Source: Candidatus Moraniibacteriota bacterium (GTDB lineage: Bacteria > Patescibacteriota > Minisyncoccia > Moranbacterales > UBA1568). From it: a DNA stretch of 64,000 nt. The number at the start of each line of letters is the position of its first letter. Within the stretch, counting starts at the first letter, position 1. The notes under the pieces were generated by a model. It searched no databases, was not told the DNA's origin, and saw nothing but the letters and a program-made list of their open reading frames with translations. The translations under genes were made by a program, and so were the position numbers. The stretch lies in assembly GCA_013334245.1 (NCBI GenBank), contig JAAXXZ010000003.1, positions 2 through 64,001 of the forward strand, given 5' to 3'. This document shows positions 1 through 8,410 of the stretch, piece after piece.

Positions 1-84
1 GACGGTCATCGACTCTCCTTTTTCCAACCCGAGGCTGATCTCCTCGCGCTCAGCATCGGACAGGCGCGTATATGATGTTTGCAT
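1..84 (-). CDS. IS30-family transposase, N-terminal fragment (runs off window start)
   Basis: Manual translation MQTSYTRLSDAEREEISLGLEKGESMTV matches the IS30 N-terminal HTH pattern (Y-x-x-L-S-x-x-E-R-E-E-I ... G-E-S); not in the ORF track. Confidence 0.8.
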   Translation of the reverse strand, partial: MQTSYTRLSDAEREEISLGLEKGESMTV

Positions 85-124
85 ACGGACAGGGTATCCG
101 TTGCGTTAGATTCTGGAAACCGCC
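1..124 (-). mobile_element. Left end of an IS30-family insertion sequence (terminal inverted repeat ~99-124 plus start of transposase)
   Basis: Minus strand reads GGCGGTTTCCAGAATCTAACGCAACG, resembling IS30-family termini, followed 15 nt later by the start of an IS30-type HTH ORF. Confidence 0.75.
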
Positions 125-752
125 AAATAAACAGTCATACAGTTATCGTTGCGCCCGCCATGAAGGCGGCCTGCTCGTGAGAGTGCTTGAAGGGCTCGGT
201 ATAAACGTTATTCGGAGCGGTTCCGAATGCGCGCTGAATTTCGATTTCCTCCCTGCGGAGCAGCGAATAGGGTCGTTTGCCGAACATCATGCCTTGTCCG
301 CGTCGCGCTGTGCTCAGAAAACATGTTTCAGTCGCGTGGTATGCGGATTCCATTCCGGCGCGATATTCAACGACTGCCTGTTGGGCGGTCCGCGGAACCA
401 AGCGGACCTTATCCACCTGCTGAAACTTTTGCGGAGAAAATCATACCGTTTCTTCGCGGTCGTCCATCTCAAGGTCTACGGATATCAGGGCGTATTACAA
501 ACGGAATGTTCCGAGACGATCGAAATCAATCCGTTCGTGCGGGACTTGAGTGATTCGGAGATTGCCGAGAGTGTCGCCGGAATACCTGAAAACCTTGTAT
601 GGTTGTACGATCCGGGTGTCCGCGCTTTGCCTGATTTCGAACACTCGTTCCGTCGGTATCTTTCCGAGGGAAGTGGTGACCGGAACGAATATGTCAGCCG
701 ACTCAAGCTGTTCTTGAGGACGGAGCTTACGAAAGCCGGAAAACTGAAGTGA
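125..752 (+). pseudogene. Degenerate Maf-like protein whose 5' end abuts or is interrupted by the IS30 element
   Basis: VVCGFHSGAIFNDCLLGGPRNQADLIHLLKLL and VRDLSDSEIAESV align by eye with Maf VIGADT..ILGKP and FRxLSDEEI motifs, but catalytic D/K are absent; the ATG at 72 lies inside the IS. Confidence 0.45.
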
Positions 753-769
753 CACCAGTCATGTGTCAT

Positions 770-803
770 GCAAAAAAGCCCAAGGGTAATCCCGGGCTTT
801 TTT
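770..803. terminator. Bidirectional intrinsic terminator
   Basis: AAAAAAGCCC-AAGGGTAATCCC-GGGCTTTTTT between convergent genes. Confidence 0.75.
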
Positions 804-823
804 CGCATCCTGGCGGATATTTC

Positions 824-1732
824 CTAGAACCACTTTTTCACCTTGAAGATGAAGACCGTGACAAAGGCGACGATCAGCATGACGACGGAATGTATCCAGA
901 ACGCGTTCGGGTTATCCGTGAGCGGAATCCGGGCGCTCATCGCCATGACGTTCGAATACAGGGTGATCGGGAGCAGTACGGCGCTGAAAATCGTGAGGAC
1001 TTTCATCGTCATGTCGAGCTTGTTCGAGAGCAGCGAGTTGTTCGTGTCCTCGAGCGCCTCTATGGTCTCCTTGGTGCTTTCCAGGATGTTCCAGATACGG
1101 ATATTCGTGCCGATCAGGTCCTGGAAATAGATCTTCAGTTCGTCCGGGATGAACGGGTGGTCCTTCTGCGAGAGCGAGTCGAGGATGGAGCGCTGCGGCT
1201 TGAGCGTCCGCCGGAAGTTGAGGATGTCGCGTTTCACGACGGATATCTCGAGCACCATTTCCTTCTCGTGGTCCGAGAAGACCTGTGTCTCGATGTAGTC
1301 CAGGTTCTCGGAGATGTGATGCAGTTTCGGGAAGCAGGAATTGAGCAGGATGTCGAGGATGTGGTACAGGAGGTGTGCCGGAGTCTTCGCAAAATAGGTC
1401 CGCTGGCTTCCCTTGCTCTTGCTCAGCTTGTCGAAAAAATCGCGGATCTGATAGATGTCGTGCTTGTGCGAGGTGATCAGGTAGTCCTTGGTCAGGATGA
1501 TGTCGAGCTCGCCCGGAAACGTGGTACGGAGCGCCGTATCGAAGAGCGGGGTGTGTACGGAAAGAAAGAGGCAGTTCTCGTACTGCACGGCCTTCGGCTG
1601 GTAGGTCGGGGTCATCAGCTCCTCGATCGCAAGGGGGTGGATGTTGAAGTTTTCCTGCAGGTACGTGATGTCGCTCTGCTGAGGATCAAGAAAGTCTATC
1701 CACGTAAACTTCCCGGATTTGATGATATTCAT
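824..1732 (-). CDS. corA: CorA-family Mg2+/Co2+ transporter
   Basis: WIDF..P, IHPLAIEE, MKVLTIFS and two C-terminal TM helices; the canonical YGMN signature reads MAMS here. Confidence 0.85.
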   Translation of the reverse strand: MNIIKSGKFTWIDFLDPQQSDITYLQENFNIHPLAIEELMTPTYQPKAVQYENCLFLSVHTPLFDTALRTTFPGELDIILTKDYLITSHKHDIYQIRDFFDKLSKSKGSQRTYFAKTPAHLLYHILDILLNSCFPKLHHISENLDYIETQVFSDHEKEMVLEISVVKRDILNFRRTLKPQRSILDSLSQKDHPFIPDELKIYFQDLIGTNIRIWNILESTKETIEALEDTNNSLLSNKLDMTMKVLTIFSAVLLPITLYSNVMAMSARIPLTDNPNAFWIHSVVMLIVAFVTVFIFKVKKWF

Positions 1733-1870
1733 AGTCCGTTTCGATGTTGCTTTTGTTTCAGTATATCAGATGGATCGTTTACAGCCAAAGTGATCGGGTG
1801 TACGATTGGTAAACTTCATATATAGGCTTTCAATCACATTAGAAAGTGGCGTCGCCCGCAATCGCGACCC

Positions 1871-1919
1871 TTTCTCCCTTTCAAAAAGGGAGTACCGATT
1901 CCGCGAGGGGAGGGATTTG
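1871..1919. repeat. REP-like palindromic repeat, family A (CTCCCTTT..AAAGGGAG..GGGAGGGATTT)
   Basis: Near-identical copies at ~5460-5510, 5521-5574 (inverted), 5602-5648, 43102-43157 (inverted) and 43171-43219. Confidence 0.75.
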
Positions 1920-1944
1920 TTTGTAACAAGTACTCGATGATTGT

Positions 1945-2184
1945 ATGAAAAGATTGATCTTAATCATCATCCGGCTCTATCAGAAGACGCTTTCGCTCGA
2001 CCACGGACTGCTGGGGAAAATCATTCCCGGTGGCGCGTGCCGATTCCATCCGACCTGCTCCGAATATACCTACCAGGCGATCGACCGATTTGGCCTGTTT
2101 CGAGGCGGTTGGCTTGGACTTCAACGATTATCGCGCTGTCATCCCGGGAATCCCGGCGGGTACGATCCCGTGCCGAAGGAATAA
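1945..2184 (+). CDS. yidD: Membrane protein insertion efficiency factor YidD
   Basis: [14 protein letters not shown] and GGYDPVP motifs. Confidence 0.95.
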   Translation: MKRLILIIIRLYQKTLSLDHGLLGKIIPGGACRFHPTCSEYTYQAIDRFGLFRGGWLGLQRLSRCHPGNPGGYDPVPKE

Positions 2185-2196
2185 CGCACAAAAAAT

Positions 2197-2227
2197 CAAA
2201 GAGCCCTCATCGGAATGGGGCTCTTTC
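2197..2227. terminator. Intrinsic terminator hairpin between yidD and convergent small ORFs
   Basis: AAAGAGCCCTCAT...ATGGGGCTCTTT inverted repeat. Confidence 0.6.
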
Positions 2228-2244
2228 GTAACGAGCAAACAGAG

Positions 2245-2433
2245 TCACTGCTCTGGTTCGTCGATGTTGATGGTAGCGCCCGTGTTGCCGCCGGCGAATA
2301 TCGGTCTTTCGGGCGTGGTCGGTGGCGTGCCTCCGAAGTTGAACGGGCGTTCACAATGTGAGGTCTCGGGTTTAGATTCCCGTGAGTCGGCACCGTTTCC
2401 GGAGCCGTCGATAGGCTTCTGCTGCTGTGGCAT
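2245..2433 (-). CDS. Small disordered hypothetical protein (62 aa, MPQQQKPIDG...)
   Basis: Downstream of the 2459-2650 ORF in the same apparent transcription unit; ends just before a terminator. Confidence 0.4.
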   Translation of the reverse strand: MPQQQKPIDGSGNGADSRESKPETSHCERPFNFGGTPPTTPERPIFAGGNTGATINIDEPEQ

Positions 2434-2458
2434 GTGCTTTTGGTTTTGGTTATTCGGC

Positions 2459-2650
2459 CTATAACATCGTTTGGGTCGCTTCCGCGATATCTGCGGGAGT
2501 GACCGTGCGCTTTTTGGTGCTCGGATTTGCGTTACATCCGGGTGAAACGGTCGGGTGTGCACCGGCGCCAAAAGGCTCTGCGGGGATGGTGTGCGGATAC
2601 TCGTTCGCTTTCTGTGGGCGTTCGTGAGTATTTTTTGTCTGGTCTGCCAT
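2459..2650 (-). CDS. Small disordered hypothetical protein (63 aa, MADQTKNTHE...)
   Basis: AGGAGA RBS before the ATG; TTGACA-N17-CATAAT promoter at 2733-2705. Confidence 0.5.
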   Translation of the reverse strand: MADQTKNTHERPQKANEYPHTIPAEPFGAGAHPTVSPGCNANPSTKKRTVTPADIAEATQTML

Positions 2651-2868
2651 GAGGTCTCCTGGATAGAATTGGCGAAGGCTTCTTTGTAAATAGCAAGTAT
2701 CACGATTATGGAAATGGAGCGGGATATTGTCAAGGAGATACGACCTATTGCAAGTCATCGATAAGTCGGGATCGGAGTCGGTCTGCATGATGTAAAAATG
2801 TCCATAAAATGCAAATGACCCCGTATCCTTAGATAGGGGGTCATTGCGGGCGTTGCCGTTGCCGTCGG

Positions 2869-3459
2869 TTACCTTTTTACGCGAAATCCAGGCATACGTG
2901 CGAGGAAATCAAGAATGTTTCCACTGCCTGAGACTCCAACCACTTCGACTCCTTCGATTCCTGCGAATGTTTGGCTGAGCTCGCGTTTGAGCTGGCAGCT
3001 GATGCATTGGCATTCCTCTTTTACTTTGATCAGGTTGTATTGCGATAAAATCATGATGCTACCGAGACTCTTCAATGAATCCGATGCACCAGAATTTTCG
3101 CCAACAGAAACGTTCGGGGCGGATGCGCTTTCTACCAGACAGCCGATGAACAACTGCTTTTTGATCTGGTCAGCGACTGTTGATGTCTCCGTCTTGCTCT
3201 GTAACTCCATGAGTTCAACGAGAGCCCGTTCGAAAGGTGTCATTGGCCGCATGCCCTTGATGTCCAGGCGAGAAGTAAGCTCTTCATCTATCGGCTTGCT
3301 TTCTTTGCCGACGAATGTGGCAGCCGAGCGAAGAATGCTGCCGAGCTCTCTTCCCTCGAGACCAAGTTCGTTAACAACGGTGTTGATGGCCTGCTCGAGG
3401 ACGGTATTTGTTGATTCAGGTGAAGTTGAATCTGCTTTGGATGTGTCGTGTTTAGGCAT
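2869..3459 (-). CDS. Hypothetical protein with CxCxxC motif
   Basis: 196-aa ORF with its own TTGACA-N17-TACTGT promoter (3547-3519) and a hairpin at ~2811-2847. Confidence 0.65.
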   Translation of the reverse strand: MPKHDTSKADSTSPESTNTVLEQAINTVVNELGLEGRELGSILRSAATFVGKESKPIDEELTSRLDIKGMRPMTPFERALVELMELQSKTETSTVADQIKKQLFIGCLVESASAPNVSVGENSGASDSLKSLGSIMILSQYNLIKVKEECQCISCQLKRELSQTFAGIEGVEVVGVSGSGNILDFLARMPGFRVKR

Positions 3460-3593
3460 GGATATCTGAATCTTGTTGTTAATTGAAATACTATTACTCC
3501 AGAAAGTCTGGAGATGTCACAGTAGCATAATGAGGCAAAACTGTCAAATATAAGACAGTGGCCAGGATAAGGGTAAAAGTGACCGATTTTCGA

Positions 3594-3635
3594 TTAGCAC
3601 TCAGACTTGACGAGTGCTAATCAAGCATTTATACT
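3594..3635 (+). promoter_or_regulatory. CIRCE operator overlapping the sigma70 promoter of hrcA
   Basis: Perfect TTAGCACTC-N9-GAGTGCTAA (3594-3620); TTGACG (3607) N17 TATACT (3630). Confidence 0.95.
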
Positions 3636-3755
3636 GTATCTGATGAAGCTGCGTAAGCTGCTAAAGCCTCTTTAGCTTCAGAAGCTTCCCTGATCCCACT
3701 CCCGTCTAACACCTTTTGAAGCTCATGCAGCTTCTGAAGCTCTCGAAGCTCCCAT

Positions 3756-4490
3756 ATGAATGAACGACAGAAACAAGTACTCGCCGCGATCGTCGAGGAA
3801 TATAGCAAGACCGCCGTACCGGTCGGGTCCCAGCTCCTGTTGGAGCAGTACGGATTCGAGGTGTCTTCGGCGACCCTGCGCAACGATATGCTCGCGCTCG
3901 AAAAAGCCGGGATGCTCTATCAGCCGCATACCTCGGCCGGGCGCATCCCGACCGACAAAGGGTATCGGTTTTTCGTCGAGGAGATCATGCCGGACGAGTC
4001 GCTCTCGCTTTCCGAACAGAAGTCGATGCAGAAGGAGTTGTTGACGCTTCGCGCCAAACATACCCGTCTGGGTCGCAGCACCGCAAAACTCCTGTCCGCG
4101 CTTTCGGGGAACCTGGCCGTCGCCGGTCTCGGTGATAACGAAGGATTGTATGATTTCGGCATGAAGGAACTGCTGGAGAACCCGGAGTTCCGCGAACTCG
4201 ACGAGCTCTGCCGGTTGGTGGAGGCTCTCGATTCGCTCGATGAGAAGTTCGATACGATCCTGGCGGAACTTTCCCAGGGCGAGACGAAGATCTTCATCGG
4301 TAAGGAAAATCCGATCGCCGAGATATCGAACTGTTCCATGATGGTCGCGCCGTACGAGAACGAGGAAGGTCGGGGAATCCTGGCGATCATCGGTCCGAAG
4401 CGGATGCAGTATGCCAAGAACAAGTCCCTGCTGGAACACATGCGCAAACTCCTGTCCGCCTCGCTCGTCCTGATCATATTCATACGATAA
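3756..4490 (+). CDS. hrcA: Heat-inducible transcription repressor HrcA (short form)
   Basis: PVGS, SSATLRNDM, QPHTSAGRIPTDKGYR and IIGPKRMQY motifs; CIRCE upstream. Confidence 0.95.
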   Translation: MNERQKQVLAAIVEEYSKTAVPVGSQLLLEQYGFEVSSATLRNDMLALEKAGMLYQPHTSAGRIPTDKGYRFFVEEIMPDESLSLSEQKSMQKELLTLRAKHTRLGRSTAKLLSALSGNLAVAGLGDNEGLYDFGMKELLENPEFRELDELCRLVEALDSLDEKFDTILAELSQGETKIFIGKENPIAEISNCSMMVAPYENEEGRGILAIIGPKRMQYAKNKSLLEHMRKLLSASLVLIIFIR

Positions 4491-4518
4491 TTCAGACCGT
4501 AACACGCACGAAAAAGTT

Positions 4519-5415
4519 ATGCCGAAACACAAGGAGACAACGGAGGAGCCGAATTTCCGGTTCGAACTGTCTGCGAAGGCGGTCGTCGTCGGACCCGACG
4601 GGAAAGTCCTGATTCTGACCCGCTCCAAGCATGAGACGAGCGCGCAGGGGAAACGGGATTTGCCCGGAGGGAGCGTGGATTCGGGGGAAACGGTGGAGGA
4701 GGCGGTCCGGCGAGAAATCATGGAGGAAGCCGGTCTTTCCGTGACGGGCATCGCTCCGCTTCCGGTCTATCGACATACGAAGACGGGTGAAAGCGAACTG
4801 CAGCGGGTTCGGTTCGTAGCGTTCTCCGATTCGAACGATGTGACGCTTGATCCGATGGAGCATTCCGAGTTCGAATGGCTCACCCCCGACGAGGCGATTG
4901 CCAAGCTGTCTGACAAGGGATTCGAAGCGGATAAGCGAGAGTCGGTCATGCGGGCCAAGGAGTATATGGAGCTGCAGGATTCCCTTGGGGGATGGAAGCG
5001 GTGCCTGGCGGACTTTGATAACTACAAGAAGCGGCAGGAGGCTTCGCAGAAAGAGATGGGGCAGTATCTGGTGGAGCGGCTCCTGAACGACCTGGTTCCG
5101 GTACTCGACAATTTCCATGCGGCGGCGTCCCATGTTCCGGAAGAATCGAAAGACAATCCCTGGGTCGTTGGTATCGGGTATATCGAAAAGCAGCTCGAGG
5201 ATACGCTTGCCCAGCACGGGGTTCGCGTCATCGAGGTGAAAGAGGGTGATGCGTTCGATCCGAGCCGGCACGAGGCTTTGAGCGACAGCTCGACAGAGGC
5301 GGAAGAAGGGGAGGAAGGGGACGAACCGAAGGGGCACGTGATCGCCAAAGTCCTGCAAAACGGATACATGATAGGAGATAAAGTCGTCCGGGCGGCGAAG
5401 GTAGCCGTAAAGTAG
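4519..5415 (+). CDS. grpE: NUDIX hydrolase-GrpE fusion protein
   Basis: N-terminal Nudix box LPGGSVDSGETVEEAVRREIMEEAG; C-terminal GrpE motifs ADFDNYKKR, LVPVLDNF, FDPSRHEA, GY..VVRAAKV. Confidence 0.9.
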   Translation: MPKHKETTEEPNFRFELSAKAVVVGPDGKVLILTRSKHETSAQGKRDLPGGSVDSGETVEEAVRREIMEEAGLSVTGIAPLPVYRHTKTGESELQRVRFVAFSDSNDVTLDPMEHSEFEWLTPDEAIAKLSDKGFEADKRESVMRAKEYMELQDSLGGWKRCLADFDNYKKRQEASQKEMGQYLVERLLNDLVPVLDNFHAAASHVPEESKDNPWVVGIGYIEKQLEDTLAQHGVRVIEVKEGDAFDPSRHEALSDSSTEAEEGEEGDEPKGHVIAKVLQNGYMIGDKVVRAAKVAVK

Positions 5416-5459
5416 TCAGAAGTCTATAAAGTCGAAAGTTGAAAGTCGGTTAAGTCGGA

Positions 5460-5648
5460 TTTCTCCCTTTCGGAAAAGGGAGTACCCGGTAGTCCTGGGG
5501 GAGGGATTTGAATCGTCAGAAAATCCCCCTGTCCCATCTTGATATGGGACGTCCCCCTTTTTCAAAGGTGGAAATCGGTGGTCGTCGACGTTTACGGTGC
5601 ATCTCCCTTTTGTAAAGGAAATATACGGTAGTCCGGGGGAGAGATATG
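5460..5648. repeat. Cluster of family A REP-like palindromes
   Basis: Three copies in alternating orientation between grpE and csaA. Confidence 0.7.
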
Positions 5649-5681
5649 TATGAAGAGGTCAGGCGTTTATAAAACAAATAT

Positions 5682-6014
5682 ATGATCACCTACGAGGATT
5701 TCGAGAAGGTGGATATACGGATCGGGACGGTGACGGCCGCCGAGGAGTTTCCCGAGGCGCGGAAGCCTGCCTACAGGCTGACGATCGATTTCGGTCCGGA
5801 TGTTGGCATCAAGAGGTCATCCGTGCAGATTACGAAACGGTATGCGAAGGACGAGCTGGTTGGGAGGCAGGTGATGGGGGTCGTGAACTTCCCGCCGAAG
5901 CAGATAGGCCCGTTCATTTCCGAAGTGCTGACGCTGGGGTTTTCGGACGAGAACGGGGAAGTCGTGCTGGCCGTTCCGGACAAGCCGGTCCCGAACGGAA
6001 AGAACATGTTTTGA
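5682..6014 (+). CDS. csaA: CsaA/Trbp111-type tRNA-binding chaperone
   Basis: DFEKVDIRIG, PEARKPAY and VNFPPKQIGPFISEVLTLG motifs. Confidence 0.92.
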   Translation: MITYEDFEKVDIRIGTVTAAEEFPEARKPAYRLTIDFGPDVGIKRSSVQITKRYAKDELVGRQVMGVVNFPPKQIGPFISEVLTLGFSDENGEVVLAVPDKPVPNGKNMF

Positions 6015-6057
6015 ACGCGGCGTTGATATGAAGTGTTTACAAAGCCTTATCACGTGA

Positions 6058-6099
6058 TTAGCACTCTCACTTGACGAGTGCTAAGACAAAATCTATAAT
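6058..6099 (+). promoter_or_regulatory. CIRCE operator overlapping the sigma70 promoter of dnaK
   Basis: Perfect TTAGCACTC-N9-GAGTGCTAA (6058-6084); TTGACG (6071) N17 TATAAT (6094). Confidence 0.95.
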
Positions 6100-6113
6100 G
6101 AATTCGTACGTAC

Positions 6114-6419
6114 GGTATGGCTCCCCGCAAAGCTTCCGAAGTTGGTCGGAGAATATACTCCGCCACTGTCACGGAAACGCCTGCGGCTTAGCCGGAAGAT
6201 AAAGAGTAATCGATAATAAGAAGCTCGCGGGGTGCTCATATTTGTAGCATTTCGCGGACTCAGGAAGAAAGGTATGGCTCCCCGCAAAGCTTCCGAACTC
6301 GGTGAGAGAATATACTTCACCATTGTCACGGAAGCGCCTACGGCTTAGCCGGAAGATAAAGAGTAATCGATAATAAGAAGCTCGCGGGGTGCTCATATTC
6401 GTAGCATTTCGCGGACTCA
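6114..6419 (+). repeat. Tandem direct repeat: two 149-nt structured units (6114-6262, 6271-6419) in the dnaK leader
   Basis: 10 differences by manual alignment; each unit is closed by CCCCGC..AGCTTC / GAAGCT..GCGGGG pairing. Confidence 0.9.
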
Positions 6420-6428
6420 ATGACGAAT

Positions 6429-8354
6429 ATGGCAAAGATACTCGGAATTGATCTCGGGACGACGAACTCGGCGATGGCTATCGTCGAAGGCGGAAGCCCG
6501 TCGATCGTGGAAAACAAGGAAGGCAACCGGACGACCCCGTCCATGGTGGCCATTTCCAAGACGGGCGAACGCCTGGTCGGACTCCTGGCCAAGCGGCAGG
6601 CGGTCACGAACCCGGGCGACACGCTCTTCTCGATCAAACGGCTCATCGGACGCCACTTCAATGACGAGGAAGTGCAGCGTGACCTGAAGACCCTGCCGTA
6701 CAAGATCATCCAGGCGGGTGAGGGGACGAAGATCGTCATGGGCGGCAAGGAATACACCCCGCAGGAAATCTCGGGAATGATTCTCGGCAAGCTCAAGGCC
6801 GATGCGGAAGAGAAGCTCGGCGAGAAGATCACCGAAGCGGTCATCACCGTTCCGGCATACTTCGACGATTCCCAGCGCAAGGCGACGATGGAGGCCGGCG
6901 AGATCGCGGGCCTCAATGTGCGCCGCATCATCAATGAGCCGACGGCGGCCGCGCTCGCGTACGGGTTCAACAAGAAGAAGGACGAGAAGATCGCGGTCTA
7001 TGACCTCGGTGGCGGTACGTTCGACATCTCGATCCTCGAGGTGGCCGAAGACACCGTCGAGGTGAAGTCCACCAACGGCGACACGCACTTGGGAGGTGAC
7101 GACTTCGACCAGCGCATCATGCACTGGATCCTCGACGAGTTCAAGAAGCAGGAAGCCATCGACCTCAGTAAAGACCCGCTCGCGCTCCAGCGTATCAAGG
7201 AAGCGGCCGAAAAGGCGAAGATCGAACTCTCGACCGCGCAGGAGTCCGAAATCAATCAGCCGTTCATCACGAGCGGTGCCGACGGACCGAAGCACCTCGT
7301 CATGAAGCTCACCCGGGCCAAGCTCGAAGAGATCGTGCATGACCTCGTGGAAGCGACCCTCGTGCCGGTCAAGAAGGCACTTGCCGATGCGAAGCTCGAT
7401 GCCAAGGATATCAACGAGGTGGTGCTCGTCGGCGGTATGACGCGCATGCCGCTCGTGTTGGCGACCGTGGAGAAATTCTTCGGCAAGAAACCGAATATCT
7501 CGGTCAATCCGGACGAGGTTGTCGCGATGGGTGCGGCGATCCAGGGCGGCGTGCTCGAAGGGTCGGTCAAGGACGTCTTGCTCCTCGATGTCACCCCGCT
7601 CACGCTCGGTATCGAGACCATGGGCGGCGTGCGCACCGCGCTCATCGAACGCAATACGACCATCCCGGCGTCCAAGTCGCAGACCTTCTCGACCGCGGCG
7701 GACAATCAGCCATCCGTCGAGATCCACGTCTTGCAGGGCGAGCGCGAGATGGCCGCGGACAACAAGTCCCTCGGACGGTTTATCCTCGACGGCATCCCGC
7801 CGGCGCCGCGCGGCATCCCGCAGGTCGAAGTGACCTTCGATATCGACGCCTCGGGCATTCTCTCCGTCACGGCCAAGGACAAGGCGACCAACAAGAGCCA
7901 GTCCATCCGTATCGAGGCCTCTACCGGTCTCAAGGACGAGGAGATCGAGCGCATGAAGAAGGATGCCGAACTCCATGCCGAGGAGGACAAGCACAAGAAG
8001 GAACTCGTCGAGGCGCGCAATATCGCCGACACGCTCTCCTACACGACGGCCAAGGCGATAAAGGATGCGGGCGACAAACTGACCGAGGACGAGAAGAAGC
8101 CGGTCGAAGAAGCCATCGCCGAGCTCGATAAGGTCAAGAACGGCGACGACCTTGAGGCCATCAAGAAGGCGAGCGAAACCCTCTCCGAAGCGGCACAGAA
8201 GATCGGCGAGAAACTCTATGCTGCGGCTCAGGCTGCCAACGAACAACCGACAACTGACAACTCACAACAGGGAAGCGGAACATCGGATTCGGAAGGAGCG
8301 AAGGACGCCGAAGTGGACGATAGCGCCCCGGCAGGTGAGGAGGAAAAGAAGTAG
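6429..8354 (+). CDS. dnaK: Molecular chaperone DnaK
   Basis: [23 protein letters not shown] and [11 protein letters not shown] motifs; start 6429 (MAKILG) preferred over 6420. Confidence 0.99.
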   Translation: MAKILGIDLGTTNSAMAIVEGGSPSIVENKEGNRTTPSMVAISKTGERLVGLLAKRQAVTNPGDTLFSIKRLIGRHFNDEEVQRDLKTLPYKIIQAGEGTKIVMGGKEYTPQEISGMILGKLKADAEEKLGEKITEAVITVPAYFDDSQRKATMEAGEIAGLNVRRIINEPTAAALAYGFNKKKDEKIAVYDLGGGTFDISILEVAEDTVEVKSTNGDTHLGGDDFDQRIMHWILDEFKKQEAIDLSKDPLALQRIKEAAEKAKIELSTAQESEINQPFITSGADGPKHLVMKLTRAKLEEIVHDLVEATLVPVKKALADAKLDAKDINEVVLVGGMTRMPLVLATVEKFFGKKPNISVNPDEVVAMGAAIQGGVLEGSVKDVLLLDVTPLTLGIETMGGVRTALIERNTTIPASKSQTFSTAADNQPSVEIHVLQGEREMAADNKSLGRFILDGIPPAPRGIPQVEVTFDIDASGILSVTAKDKATNKSQSIRIEASTGLKDEEIERMKKDAELHAEEDKHKKELVEARNIADTLSYTTAKAIKDAGDKLTEDEKKPVEEAIAELDKVKNGDDLEAIKKASETLSEAAQKIGEKLYAAAQAANEQPTTDNSQQGSGTSDSEGAKDAEVDDSAPAGEEEKK

Positions 8355-8410
8355 GCGTGTACTAAGAGCGAGGATTCATTTCCTCGCTCTTATAATTAAT
8401 TGTTTTTTGT

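Noticed and set aside
749-1825. 358-aa + strand ORF over corA, and similar long antisense ORFs (3723-4751, 4492-5358, 38100-39134, 48839-50428)
   Set aside because: They overlap clearly identified genes on the opposite strand and lack recognisable motifs
6114-6419. Tandem repeat as a CRISPR array
   Set aside because: Only two 149-nt units with an 8-nt gap; no repeat-spacer pattern and no cas genes
6417-8246. 609-aa ORF antisense to dnaK
   Set aside because: Well-known shadow ORF produced by codon bias of dnaK; no independent protein motifs
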